From an uncultured Sulfurimonas sp. (GTDB lineage: Bacteria > Campylobacterota > Campylobacteria > Campylobacterales > Sulfurimonadaceae), in contig CAYLNF010000001.1 in assembly GCA_964385165.1 (NCBI GenBank), positions 6,533 to 70,532 on the forward strand: a stretch of DNA of 64,000 nucleotides, in the 5' to 3' direction. The position numbers were made by a program, and so were the translations under genes. The stretch's first letter is position 1, and the number at the start of each line of letters is the position of its first letter. The notes beneath the pieces are model-generated. The model was not told where the DNA came from, made no database searches, and worked only from the letters and a program-made list of their open reading frames with translations. Shown piece after piece: positions 1 to 9,398 of the stretch.

Positions 1-1332
1 ACACTTACACCAATATCATCAAACTTAACATCTGCTAAAGATTATAATTTAACAGCTAATGCTCTTAGTTATACAGATGCTCTAACAACAAACTATACTA
101 TAACAGATAGTGATTATGCTTTAAATATAGAGGAGGTTAAATATATGCCAAATGGTGATATAAATAACTCTCTTTATGGTGATAGTAGTGTATCTGAATT
201 TAATTTCTTAGATGGGAATGGAACATATATATCTATCAGTTTTGATGATATAGGTAAAATAGCTATGAATATACAAGATAGAAATTGGGCAATAGTTGAT
301 AGTGGTGATACGACAGCTGATTGTAGTGAAGATGGTTATTATATTTGTGGAGATGTAAATGAAACTTTTATACCTAGTTATTTTAGTTTTACAAACCCTA
401 AAGTGTATAACAACAATAATTCAAACTTTACATATATCTCAAATGACTTAAATATGTCTGCTCATATAGCTCTTAGTATTACAGCGAAAAATGATAAAAA
501 TTCAACAACTAAAAACTTTGATTATAACTCATGGGAAAACCCTGTTGATATAAACTTTAGCATATCGACAACAAATAAACCAACTGTTATAAAAAGTGAA
601 ATAGATAAAACTCAAAAACTTGGTTTTGAAGATGGTGTAAAAGAGATCAGTTGGAGTGAAACAAACTCATCTAAAAATTTAGCTTTCAATTTTAAAAGAG
701 AGGTAAACAAAGCTAATAATCCATTTAATATAAATGGTTCAGATATAACTTTAGATGCTAAAACTGTTTACTCTTCAACAACCATAAAAGCTACACCATC
801 AATAGCTTCACAATCTATAACAATGTTGTATGGTAGAACAAATGTAGCTAGACAAAGATACGATTCATATAGAGGTGATGCTTTTATATACTTTGAAGCA
901 TATTGTTATTTAGAAGATAGCAATGCTACACTATGTAATAAAACTTTACTTCCTGATGGTTCTAGTTCTAAACATAGTAATGATATTAGATGGTTTATCA
1001 ACTCTGAACACAACAGTTCAAAAGATGGTCTAATAGGTACAATCAAACACTATACAAATACAAACATCGTAACAGCTTCAACACCAATAGGTTCGAATCC
1101 ATCAAAAACAACTCTAATCTACGATAAAAGATATGGATTTCCATATAAAACAACTATGGAAAATAATGCTTCATCTTGGTTGATTCATAGTGATAATGAT
1201 TCTAGTGCTACTAAAAATAAATTTTCAGTAGAGTTTGAAGGGAGTGTAAGTGATTGGAGTGGTATCCATGAAACAAATTCTAGTACAAAAGATTCTGATA
1301 TAACTAGAGTAAATAGGAGAAGTATGTGGTAA
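1..1332 (+). CDS. Large secreted pilus-associated protein, MshQ/DUF6701-like C-terminal part (5' end outside window)
   Basis: Frame is open from base 1; S/T/N-rich beta-type sequence with 'MLYGR' and C-terminal 'RRSMW'; directly precedes prepilin genes. Confidence 0.55.
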   Translation, partial: TLTPISSNLTSAKDYNLTANALSYTDALTTNYTITDSDYALNIEEVKYMPNGDINNSLYGDSSVSEFNFLDGNGTYISISFDDIGKIAMNIQDRNWAIVDSGDTTADCSEDGYYICGDVNETFIPSYFSFTNPKVYNNNNSNFTYISNDLNMSAHIALSITAKNDKNSTTKNFDYNSWENPVDINFSISTTNKPTVIKSEIDKTQKLGFEDGVKEISWSETNSSKNLAFNFKREVNKANNPFNINGSDITLDAKTVYSSTTIKATPSIASQSITMLYGRTNVARQRYDSYRGDAFIYFEAYCYLEDSNATLCNKTLLPDGSSSKHSNDIRWFINSEHNSSKDGLIGTIKHYTNTNIVTASTPIGSNPSKTTLIYDKRYGFPYKTTMENNASSWLIHSDNDSSATKNKFSVEFEGSVSDWSGIHETNSSTKDSDITRVNRRSMW

Positions 1333-1931
1333 GAAAAAACAATAGATTAGCTTTTACAATGTTAGAGCTGATTTTTGCTATTGTTATTATATCTATCACG
1401 GTTTTATCTCTCCCTATGATGTCTCAAATAAATGAGAAAGGGATAGATGAAAATATAGTTCAAGAGGCTATATTCGCAGCTTCTACTGAACTTATGGGTG
1501 CTTCTGCTGGATATTGGGATGCTAAATCTATGGAAGATAGTGATTATAGCCATCTATCTAGGGTTATAGATATTGGTGGAGATTGTAATAACACAACTTC
1601 AACTGATCGTTATCGATTAAGACCTGGGCATATTGCTCAACCATTTCATAGAAGATGTGTAATTAGTTCAACTGGTGGTTGCGATGATACAAATAGCTCT
1701 ATTTTTCCAAGTTTAAATAATGCTGTCCATACAAAAAGTAAAATATTTATAAATGATAACCCAGATAATGATGGATATAAAACAACATATTTTAGTGAAC
1801 TAAATATATCAAGAGTTGGTGACATTAAATATCTACAAGTTACGGTTAGCGATTCTGATAAAACACTTGTTGTTTTAAAACTTCAAAGTGCTAATATTGG
1901 TGAAGTTGATTATTTCAAAAGGAGATTTTAA
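1326..1931 (+). CDS. Prepilin-type N-terminal cleavage/methylation protein (MshD-like minor pilin)
   Basis: AFTMLELIFAIVII type IV prepilin motif. Confidence 0.8.
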   Translation: MVRKNNRLAFTMLELIFAIVIISITVLSLPMMSQINEKGIDENIVQEAIFAASTELMGASAGYWDAKSMEDSDYSHLSRVIDIGGDCNNTTSTDRYRLRPGHIAQPFHRRCVISSTGGCDDTNSSIFPSLNNAVHTKSKIFINDNPDNDGYKTTYFSELNISRVGDIKYLQVTVSDSDKTLVVLKLQSANIGEVDYFKRRF

Positions 1932-1934
1932 ACT

Positions 1935-2837
1935 ATGAACTTTAAAAATAACCGTTTAGGTTTTACTCTACTTGAACTAATCTTTGTTATAGCTATTATG
2001 GGGATTATTGGAAAATTTGGTGCTAGTTTTTTAGCTCAATCATATAGTGATTTTATCTACTCAAAAATAAACAACTCTCTACAAGCAAAAAGTGAGATGG
2101 CAGTTGAGTATATATCTAAAAGATTACAGTATAGAATCAAAGATTCTATCATCCGTAGAAAATCTAGTGATAATAGCTATGTAGCACTAAGAGATATAGA
2201 TAACTATGGTGATGAGTATAATATTTTAGAGTGGATAGGTTCAGATTCTGATGGCTTTAGGGGTGATTCTTTGCCTCTTTGGAGTGGAGTTATCGATTTA
2301 GATGAATCAAACTCTACCACACTTAAATCACCTGAGACAAATACAACAGCACTCAACAATCTCATAAAAACACTATCTTATGATAATTCAGATATAAACG
2401 ATTCTGCTATATATTTTATAGGTTCAGATACAAATATAGATGGTTATGGATGGGATGGTGAAGCTTTAAGTGAGCAAAATAGTAGTGTTATCCACCCTAT
2501 CAAAACAACTACAAATATTGATGAGTTTGAATCTAATATAGCTGGTGTCGATTTTAGTGGTGTTGATGTTTATGAATACTACAAACTCTCATGGAGTGCT
2601 TATGCTGTTGAGCATAATGCTTCAACAAGTGAGTTAAAACTATATTATGATTACCAACCATGGGCTAAAGAGAGTTTTAGAGATGGGAAAAGTGCTACTA
2701 TTATGGAGAATGTAAGTACATTTAGATTCAAATCTGTTGGCTCCATAGTGAAGATTCAAGTTTGTGTTAAAAGTGATATTATAGATGGTGAGAATGAGGG
2801 GGATTATTCGTTATGCAAAGAAAAAACTATATTTTAA
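1935..2837 (+). CDS. Prepilin-type protein (MshO-like minor pilin)
   Basis: GFTLLELIFVIAIMGII motif. Confidence 0.8.
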   Translation: MNFKNNRLGFTLLELIFVIAIMGIIGKFGASFLAQSYSDFIYSKINNSLQAKSEMAVEYISKRLQYRIKDSIIRRKSSDNSYVALRDIDNYGDEYNILEWIGSDSDGFRGDSLPLWSGVIDLDESNSTTLKSPETNTTALNNLIKTLSYDNSDINDSAIYFIGSDTNIDGYGWDGEALSEQNSSVIHPIKTTTNIDEFESNIAGVDFSGVDVYEYYKLSWSAYAVEHNASTSELKLYYDYQPWAKESFRDGKSATIMENVSTFRFKSVGSIVKIQVCVKSDIIDGENEGDYSLCKEKTIF

Positions 2838-3262
2838 AAAATAACCCTCTTATGAAAAATGGTATAGCTATGATTATGGCGATAGCTGTCATAGTTATAC
2901 TATCTACTATTATGGCACTATCTTTATCTATGACAACACAAACAACTAAAAAAACAACCGATATATACCTTTATGAGCAGGTGGTTTTATACTCTAAAAG
3001 TTCAGCAGAACTAGCACTTTTAGATATAGCGAAAAATGGGTGTAAAAACAATTTCACTGTAACTTTAGATAATATATATGATGTAAATATCACTATGAAG
3101 TATATATTTACAAACTCAGTGGTTGGTTGTGATGAGTATTTTACTATCTCTACCCCAGAGCAAAATGGTTCAGTTTTGATGGATATAACAGTATCTGTAA
3201 CTAATGAAGATATAGTTAGTGAACCTATAAGATATTTTAGAAGAATAATCCAAAAACTATAA
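2813..3262 (+). CDS. PilX/MshP-like minor pilin (true start possibly a downstream Met)
   Basis: GIAMIMAIAVIVILS hydrophobic N-terminus lacking Glu5; last gene of pilin cluster. Confidence 0.65.
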   Translation: MQRKNYILKNNPLMKNGIAMIMAIAVIVILSTIMALSLSMTTQTTKKTTDIYLYEQVVLYSKSSAELALLDIAKNGCKNNFTVTLDNIYDVNITMKYIFTNSVVGCDEYFTISTPEQNGSVLMDITVSVTNEDIVSEPIRYFRRIIQKL

Positions 3263-3312
3263 CTATTAAACATTTTTTTGTTGTATAATTCATAGCTAAA
3301 AGGATAACTAAA

Positions 3313-4254
3313 ATGAGATTCGCAGACCCAAAAAATGACTTAGCTTTTAAAAAAATCTTTGGAAACTCTAAACATAAAAATATACTAATCTCTTTTTTAA
3401 ATAGTGTTTTAGATTTTCAAGATGAAAAAACAATTATCGAAGTTGAACTAGCAAACCCATATCAAATTCCAAAAATACCTGATTTAAAAGAGACAATCTT
3501 AGATATTCAAGCTAAAAATAGAAATGGTGATAGATTTATCGTTGAGATGCAAAGGAAAGATTTAGGAAACTTCACAAAAAGAAGCCTTTACTACACATCT
3601 AAAGCTTATGTAGAGCAGTTACCAAAAGGTAATGATTATACATCTTTGAAAAAAGTTTATTTTATAGGGATTGTAAATTTTGAGATATTTAGCAATGAAA
3701 GTTTTATCTCAAGACACCTAATAATAAATAAAGAAACATCTAAACAAGACTTAGATGATTTTGAGTTTACATTTATAGAGCTTCCTAAATTTAACAAAGA
3801 GTTAGATAAACTAGAGAGCATACTAGATAAATGGATATACTTTATAAAAAATGCTAACGATTTAACTCTAATCCCAAAAATATACCAATCAAAAGAGGCA
3901 TTTGTTGAAGCTTTTGAGATAGCAAAACAAACATCTTGGGATAAAGAAGAGTTAAAAGTTTATGAGTATATGGCATTAAAAGAGTTTGATGAGATAAATG
4001 CTCTAAGAACAGCTGAAGATAAAGGGATGAAAAAAGGTTTACAAAAAGGTTTACAAAAAGGGATTGAACAGGGTATTAAACAAGGGATAGAGAAAGGAAT
4101 CGAACAGGGAATCCAAAAAGGGATTGAGCAAGGGATTATAGATATAGCCCAAAACCTACTTGATATACTTGATAATGAAACGATCGCTTTAAAAACTGGT
4201 TTAAGCCCAGAATTTATCCAAAATCTAAGAAAAAAAAATTTAGATAATAATTAA
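3313..4254 (+). CDS. Rpn family recombination-promoting nuclease / putative transposase (PD-(D/E)XK)
   Basis: 'DPKNDLAFKKIFG', 'LDI...IVEMQ', 'FIELPKF', C-terminal (K/Q)G(I/L)x repeats and 'IALKTGLS'; AAGGA RBS and TATAAT upstream. Confidence 0.92.
   Translation: MRFADPKNDLAFKKIFGNSKHKNILISFLNSVLDFQDEKTIIEVELANPYQIPKIPDLKETILDIQAKNRNGDRFIVEMQRKDLGNFTKRSLYYTSKAYVEQLPKGNDYTSLKKVYFIGIVNFEIFSNESFISRHLIINKETSKQDLDDFEFTFIELPKFNKELDKLESILDKWIYFIKNANDLTLIPKIYQSKEAFVEAFEIAKQTSWDKEELKVYEYMALKEFDEINALRTAEDKGMKKGLQKGLQKGIEQGIKQGIEKGIEQGIQKGIEQGIIDIAQNLLDILDNETIALKTGLSPEFIQNLRKKNLDNN
4021..4140 (+). repeat. Ten degenerate 12-bp coding tandem repeats (KG[M/L/I]x / QGIx) in the Rpn C-terminus
   Basis: aaagggatgaaa aaaggtttacaa aaaggtttacaa aaagggattgaa cagggtattaaa caagggatagag aaaggaatcgaa cagggaatccaa aaagggattgag caagggattata. 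Confidence 0.9.
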
Positions 4255-4262
4255 CTTTTTAA

Positions 4263-4271
4263 TGCTATAAT
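4263..4271 (+). promoter_or_regulatory. Extended -10 promoter of hpf
   Basis: TGCTATAAT ending 28 nt before the ATG. Confidence 0.7.
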
Positions 4272-4299
4272 TAACCAAATTAAGAAAAAAGGATATATT

Positions 4300-4833
4300 A
4301 TGAATATTTCACTTACTGGAAGACACTTAGAATTAACTGATGCTATTAAAGAGCATATGACAACTTCTATCGAAACACTTAACAAATACAATATGGATAT
4401 TATCTCAGTAAATGTTATCGCATCTACTCAAACAAAAAAAGGTAAAGAGCACTCAGTTGTTGAGTTTGTTATCAACTTAGCTCATAAAAACTCTATCGTT
4501 ATCAAACAAAATGATGGTGATTTATATACTGCTATCGATTTAGCAACAGCTAGAGCTCAAAAAGCTATGAGAAGAATGCACGATAAAGATTCTGAGCATC
4601 ATAAAGTTGGTATGAATGAGGTTAAAGCTGAAGATGTTGATGTAAAAGCTGAAGCTGAAGCTATGGAAGATGAGATAGTTCCAGTTGAATTAGATCTTTA
4701 TAAACCTCGTGAGGTTGAAGATGTTCTTCAAGAACTAAAAAGTAGTGATAAAATATTTGAAATTTTCTTAGATAATGAAGGTAAAACTCGTGTTTTATTT
4801 AAAAAATCAAACTCTAAATTTGGACTATATTAA
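4300..4833 (+). CDS. hpf: Ribosome hibernation promoting factor (long HPF/RaiA)
   Basis: MNISLTGRHLELTDAIK, DLYTAID, C-terminal S30EA-like domain. Confidence 0.9.
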   Translation: MNISLTGRHLELTDAIKEHMTTSIETLNKYNMDIISVNVIASTQTKKGKEHSVVEFVINLAHKNSIVIKQNDGDLYTAIDLATARAQKAMRRMHDKDSEHHKVGMNEVKAEDVDVKAEAEAMEDEIVPVELDLYKPREVEDVLQELKSSDKIFEIFLDNEGKTRVLFKKSNSKFGLY

Positions 4834-4853
4834 AATTTACTAACCAAATCTAT

Positions 4854-5258
4854 CTACATTCTTGTAGATAGATTATTTATAGTATTTTTTATGATATTTA
4901 AAAGTTCTGTTATATTCTTCTTACAAACTTCAAAAATAATCTCAGGATCTAAATTATAATGATGATAAGATAATACATTTTTTGTTATCTCAACCTGATT
5001 CCAAGGTACATGGTTATAGTTTGAAAAAAATCTACTACCACCTAGCCTATTTATCTCTTTAAAACTATTTTCTACCTCTAATAGTTTATCGAAAACAGCA
5101 TCTTGTTTCAGTAAACCATTCTTTTCACATAAAAAGTTATGATTTAGATTTAACTCCTCAAATTTTTCAATAATCGATTCCAACAATTTTTCAATATTCA
5201 CAAGAATTTCTAAAATAATTTTATTATTATAATCCTTTTTTATCATAACTTCATCCAT
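4854..5258 (-). CDS. HepT/DUF86-like HEPN domain protein, degenerate active site, no adjacent MNT gene
   Basis: 'KQDAVFDKLLEVENSFKEI...VPWNQVEITKNVLSYHHYNLDPEIIFEVCKKNITEL' follows the DUF86 pattern, but the R of R-X4-H is K. Confidence 0.65.
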   Translation of the reverse strand: MDEVMIKKDYNNKIILEILVNIEKLLESIIEKFEELNLNHNFLCEKNGLLKQDAVFDKLLEVENSFKEINRLGGSRFFSNYNHVPWNQVEITKNVLSYHHYNLDPEIIFEVCKKNITELLNIIKNTINNLSTRM

Positions 5259-5286
5259 TCAATTAATTTAATTTTTATAAAAGATT

Positions 5287-6222
5287 CTAATCATCTTTGT
5301 TGTAGTATTCATAAGTAGCTTTACCATTATGTTTAGCTTTATACATAGCTATATCTGCGAAATGGATAAGCTCTTTTTTATGAACACTATCATCTGGAAA
5401 TTTACTTATACCTATACTACAAGTTATATTTATAGTTTTACCATCAAAATCTATCGATGCTGAAGATGCTTCTATAATCTTTTTAGCAAGAGTATCTATA
5501 TATTTTGTGTCATTTATATCCTCAATAATCACAGAAAACTCATCACCACTAATACGAGCTAAAGTATCCTCTTTACGAATCACATTTTGGATATTGTATG
5601 AAACAGTTTTTAAAACTATATCACCACCACCATGACCATAAGTATCATTTATAGATTTAAAATTATCTAAATCTATAAAAAACAGTAAAACAGCACTATC
5701 ATTTCTTTTAGCTCTACTTATCGCTTGATCTAGTTTTAGATCAAATAGATATCTATTTGGAACTTTTGTTAAAGTATCATAGTGAGCCATATGATGAAGA
5801 TGTTCCATCTCTTTTGCTCTAGCTCTTTCAGCATCTATCTTATTTTGTAGATGTTTAGATATCTTTTCAAGTTTAGCATTTACTATATCCATATCAATCG
5901 GCTTAGGGGTAAAATAATCGATTCCCATATTTAATGCTCTAAGTAGTGTTTTTCTATCATCAAAGGCTGACATAATTATGATTGGTTGCTCATTATCTAT
6001 ACTTTTAATCTCTTGTGACATCGATAAACCATCTAAAATTGGCATATTTATATCTGTTAAGATAATATCTGGTTTTAGCTCTTTATATAAGCGTAACCCA
6101 TCCTCACCATTAAAAGCTTGATAGAAATCTTTTACATCATCCTCTAACATCATCTTCATCTGCTCTTGTGCTTCTGTATCATCCTCAACATACAGAAGTG
6201 TAAAGTTATTTATTAACATCAC
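5287..6222 (-). CDS. Response regulator with diguanylate cyclase (REC-GGDEF)
   Basis: LLYVEDD, DINMP; HYDTLTKVPNR, FIDLDNFKSINDTYGH, RISGDEF. Confidence 0.92.
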   Translation of the reverse strand: MMLINNFTLLYVEDDTEAQEQMKMMLEDDVKDFYQAFNGEDGLRLYKELKPDIILTDINMPILDGLSMSQEIKSIDNEQPIIIMSAFDDRKTLLRALNMGIDYFTPKPIDMDIVNAKLEKISKHLQNKIDAERARAKEMEHLHHMAHYDTLTKVPNRYLFDLKLDQAISRAKRNDSAVLLFFIDLDNFKSINDTYGHGGGDIVLKTVSYNIQNVIRKEDTLARISGDEFSVIIEDINDTKYIDTLAKKIIEASSASIDFDGKTINITCSIGISKFPDDSVHKKELIHFADIAMYKAKHNGKATYEYYNKDD

Positions 6223-7855
6223 CAGTTCCTTTCAAATATATTGTAAATTTTGCTCCATCTAACTCATTCACCACATCGATATGAGCATCCATCTGCTCTT
6301 CAACTATCATCTTAGACATATACAACCCTAAACCTGTACCATTTTTCTCTTTCTTTGTAGAGAAGTATGGATCAAAAACATTTTTTATAATATCATCTGG
6401 GATTCCACCACCATTATCTAGTATAGATATATTTATCTCACCATCTTTCTTATATAATGTGATCCATATATTTTTATCATCTATATCATCATTCTCAACC
6501 AAAGCATCTTTAGCATTATTTATAATATTTAAAATAGCTTGTGCTAAAGCATTTGGATAACCAACTGTTAAGTATGAACTTTCACCATCTGTTTGTAGAT
6601 CTATCTTAATCTCATTACCTGTATAAATAGGCTTTGTCATCTCTAAAATATTATTTATGCTATCTTTAACATCAAACTCTTTTTTAGTTTTTTCACTCTT
6701 AAAAAAATCTCTAAAATCATCTATGGTTGTTGACATTAAATCTATCTGCTTTTTAGAGTTTGTTTTAAAATAATTTACACTTTTATCATCTAAAACACCC
6801 TTTTTATATTTAGAGATTAAAAGTTGATTCACAAGTGAAAGATTGTTTAGTGGTTGTCTCCATTGATGAGCTATCATACTTATCATCTCACCCATTTGAG
6901 CTAATCTTGATTGTTGAAGCATCATAAGTTGTTGCTCCTTATTTTTATTTACCTCATCCTCTATCCTAGCTTTTAAATCTTTCTCATACTCCCTCTTCTC
7001 ATCAAATAAAACACCAACTATCAACACTATTAAAGCGTGTACTAAAACAAATAGATTATAATTTATAATATTATCAGTAAGTGTATCTGCTTGAAAAATA
7101 CTTATACCCATATATATAGAAATAGATGTTATAACTGCTAAAATAACACTTAAAAGTGTTCCATATATCATCCCTTTATAAGCTGCTATATATATGATGA
7201 TTGGTATATTTAACATCAACAATAGTAATGGATTTGAGATAAGTAGTTCTAAAAAAAAGATATAGATTCCAAAAGCTAAACCGTGTAATATATAATCAAC
7301 AAAATCTAAACTCTTATAGTGTGTAAAAAGCAATAGTAAAAATGGTGTAAAAACAACTTGTGCCATCACATTACCAAACCACCAAGAAAAAAGTGTTTTT
7401 GATATATCTTCACTAACCAAGCCACCATGAGTAAAAAGAGCTAATGAACCTAATGTAGCACTAAACACTTGTAGAATCAATACACTTATTAACACTATCC
7501 CTAATACATCTCTTAAATGTTCTAGCTTAATATTGAGTTTAAAATGATTAAAAATCATCACAGCGATTAAAGCTTCTAGTGAATTTGCAACAGAGATCTC
7601 TAAAGTCGCAAAAATATCAACACCATTTAAGTAGGCCAATAAAAACTGCCCTAAAAAGATTCCAGGTATAACCCTTTTCCCAAAATATAAAGCAAAACCA
7701 AGAGCAATTCCCTCTGGAGCGAATATACCAAGATTTACAATATGGACACCATTAAGTAATTCGAGGGAGATTACCCCTGTAATGAAATATAAAAAACCCA
7801 ATAAAATTATTAAACTAGTTGTATTTATCTCTCTATTTTCAAAAAAACTATTCAT
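6206..7855 (-). CDS. MASE1-domain sensor histidine kinase (start re-placed at MNSFFENR)
   Basis: Multi-TM N-terminus (PEGIALG, WWFGN); IAHQWRQPL H-box; DNGGG, GTGLGL. Confidence 0.88.
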   Translation of the reverse strand: MNSFFENREINTTSLIILLGFLYFITGVISLELLNGVHIVNLGIFAPEGIALGFALYFGKRVIPGIFLGQFLLAYLNGVDIFATLEISVANSLEALIAVMIFNHFKLNIKLEHLRDVLGIVLISVLILQVFSATLGSLALFTHGGLVSEDISKTLFSWWFGNVMAQVVFTPFLLLLFTHYKSLDFVDYILHGLAFGIYIFFLELLISNPLLLLMLNIPIIIYIAAYKGMIYGTLLSVILAVITSISIYMGISIFQADTLTDNIINYNLFVLVHALIVLIVGVLFDEKREYEKDLKARIEDEVNKNKEQQLMMLQQSRLAQMGEMISMIAHQWRQPLNNLSLVNQLLISKYKKGVLDDKSVNYFKTNSKKQIDLMSTTIDDFRDFFKSEKTKKEFDVKDSINNILEMTKPIYTGNEIKIDLQTDGESSYLTVGYPNALAQAILNIINNAKDALVENDDIDDKNIWITLYKKDGEINISILDNGGGIPDDIIKNVFDPYFSTKKEKNGTGLGLYMSKMIVEEQMDAHIDVVNELDGAKFTIYLKGTGDVNK

Positions 7856-9398
7856 CTGATAAATCCTTTGTATCATTAGGTAGAGATATTATAAATTTTG
7901 TCCCACCATCAATATTTTCAAACTCCAACTTACCATAACAATGCTCCTCAACTATAACCTTAGACATATACAACCCAAGCCCTGTTCCATCTTTTTGATT
8001 TTTAGTTGAGAAGTAAGGGTTAAATATTTTATCTTTAATCTTTTCATCGATTCCACCACCATTATCTGAGATAGAGATACTACTTTTATTTATCTCAACA
8101 GATATTTCAGGATCTTTTATATCTTTATCATCAAAAACATCTTCAGCATTTTTAAGCAAATTAAGTACAACTTGAACAAGTTCATTTTCATAGCTTAAAA
8201 ACTGTTCAACATCTTTAGTAGAAATATTTAGTTTAATCTTTTTATCATTTATAGAGCTTTTTATAAGTGATAAAACCTTGTTAAAAATCATCTCAAAGTC
8301 AGTTACCCTTTTTGTTTTTTGTGGTTTAAAGAAATCTCTAAAATCATCAATAGTTGAACTAAGATACTCTATGTAATGCTGTATCTTTGTTGTTATACTT
8401 TTAGATGTTTCTATATCTAACATACCCCTTTTAACCCTAACATCTATCACAGCTATCGCAGCCCCTATCGAGTTTAAAGGTTGTCTCCATTGATGAGCTA
8501 TCATACTTATCATCTCACCCATCTGAGCATGTCTCGATTGTGCGAACATCAGCTTATCTTTTCTACGGTTTTTCTCAACCTCTTCATAAACAAGCTTTTC
8601 AAGATTATCGTTCATAAACTGTAATTTAAAAGTTTTTTCACTTAGTTCTCTATCTTTTTTAAAGTAATCTATCCACAAATCAACCTTTAAGATAAACTCC
8701 TCAAAAACAAACGGTTTTTTCAAAAAGTCATTTGCCCCATTTTTTAAAACTGTTCTAATAATCTCTGGAGTTGAAGTACCAGATAGAACTATAATAGGGA
8801 TATTTAAGAATCTTAAATCTTGTCTGATATACTCTAGCACCTTGATACCGTGCATATCTGGTAGTTCCATATCAAGTATAATCAGATCAAAACTATCACT
8901 TCTTAGCTTCTCTAAACCTCTATCAGCAGTATAGGCACTAGTTAAGATGTAGTTTCTAGGCTCTAAAATAGTTTTTACTTGTTTACAGATAAACTTAGAA
9001 TCATCAATAATAAGAATCTTCTCTTTATCCTCTTTTATTGTTAGATTATTTATTATTTTAATTATTTCAGCTATTGAATAGAGTAGATTTTTATCTTTTA
9101 TGATGTAGTCTAAGATCCCATACTGAAATAGCTCATCTCTTAGATCCTCATCTTGTGATGAAGTAAGAACCACAACCTTTGTTTTTGTCAAAGATTGTAT
9201 ATTTGCTATAAGTTCTGAACCCTCTCCATCTGGTAGGTGTAGATCAAGTATGATTAGATTAAACTTCTCACTCTCTAAAGCATTTTTAGCTTGTGAATAT
9301 GTAAATGCTTGATTTACTTTAAATTCAAATTTCGAAAGTTCTCTCTTTATAACATTGTTAATGATTTTAGAATCTTCGATAATTAAAATATTTTTCAT
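7848..9398 (-). CDS. Hybrid histidine kinase REC-REC-HisKA-HATPase
   Basis: Two receiver domains (ILIIEDS..DLHLPD; ILIIDDS..DMELPD); IAHQWRQPL; GTGLGL. Confidence 0.9.
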   Translation of the reverse strand: MKNILIIEDSKIINNVIKRELSKFEFKVNQAFTYSQAKNALESEKFNLIILDLHLPDGEGSELIANIQSLTKTKVVVLTSSQDEDLRDELFQYGILDYIIKDKNLLYSIAEIIKIINNLTIKEDKEKILIIDDSKFICKQVKTILEPRNYILTSAYTADRGLEKLRSDSFDLIILDMELPDMHGIKVLEYIRQDLRFLNIPIIVLSGTSTPEIIRTVLKNGANDFLKKPFVFEEFILKVDLWIDYFKKDRELSEKTFKLQFMNDNLEKLVYEEVEKNRRKDKLMFAQSRHAQMGEMISMIAHQWRQPLNSIGAAIAVIDVRVKRGMLDIETSKSITTKIQHYIEYLSSTIDDFRDFFKPQKTKRVTDFEMIFNKVLSLIKSSINDKKIKLNISTKDVEQFLSYENELVQVVLNLLKNAEDVFDDKDIKDPEISVEINKSSISISDNGGGIDEKIKDKIFNPYFSTKNQKDGTGLGLYMSKVIVEEHCYGKLEFENIDGGTKFIISLPNDTKDLSDE

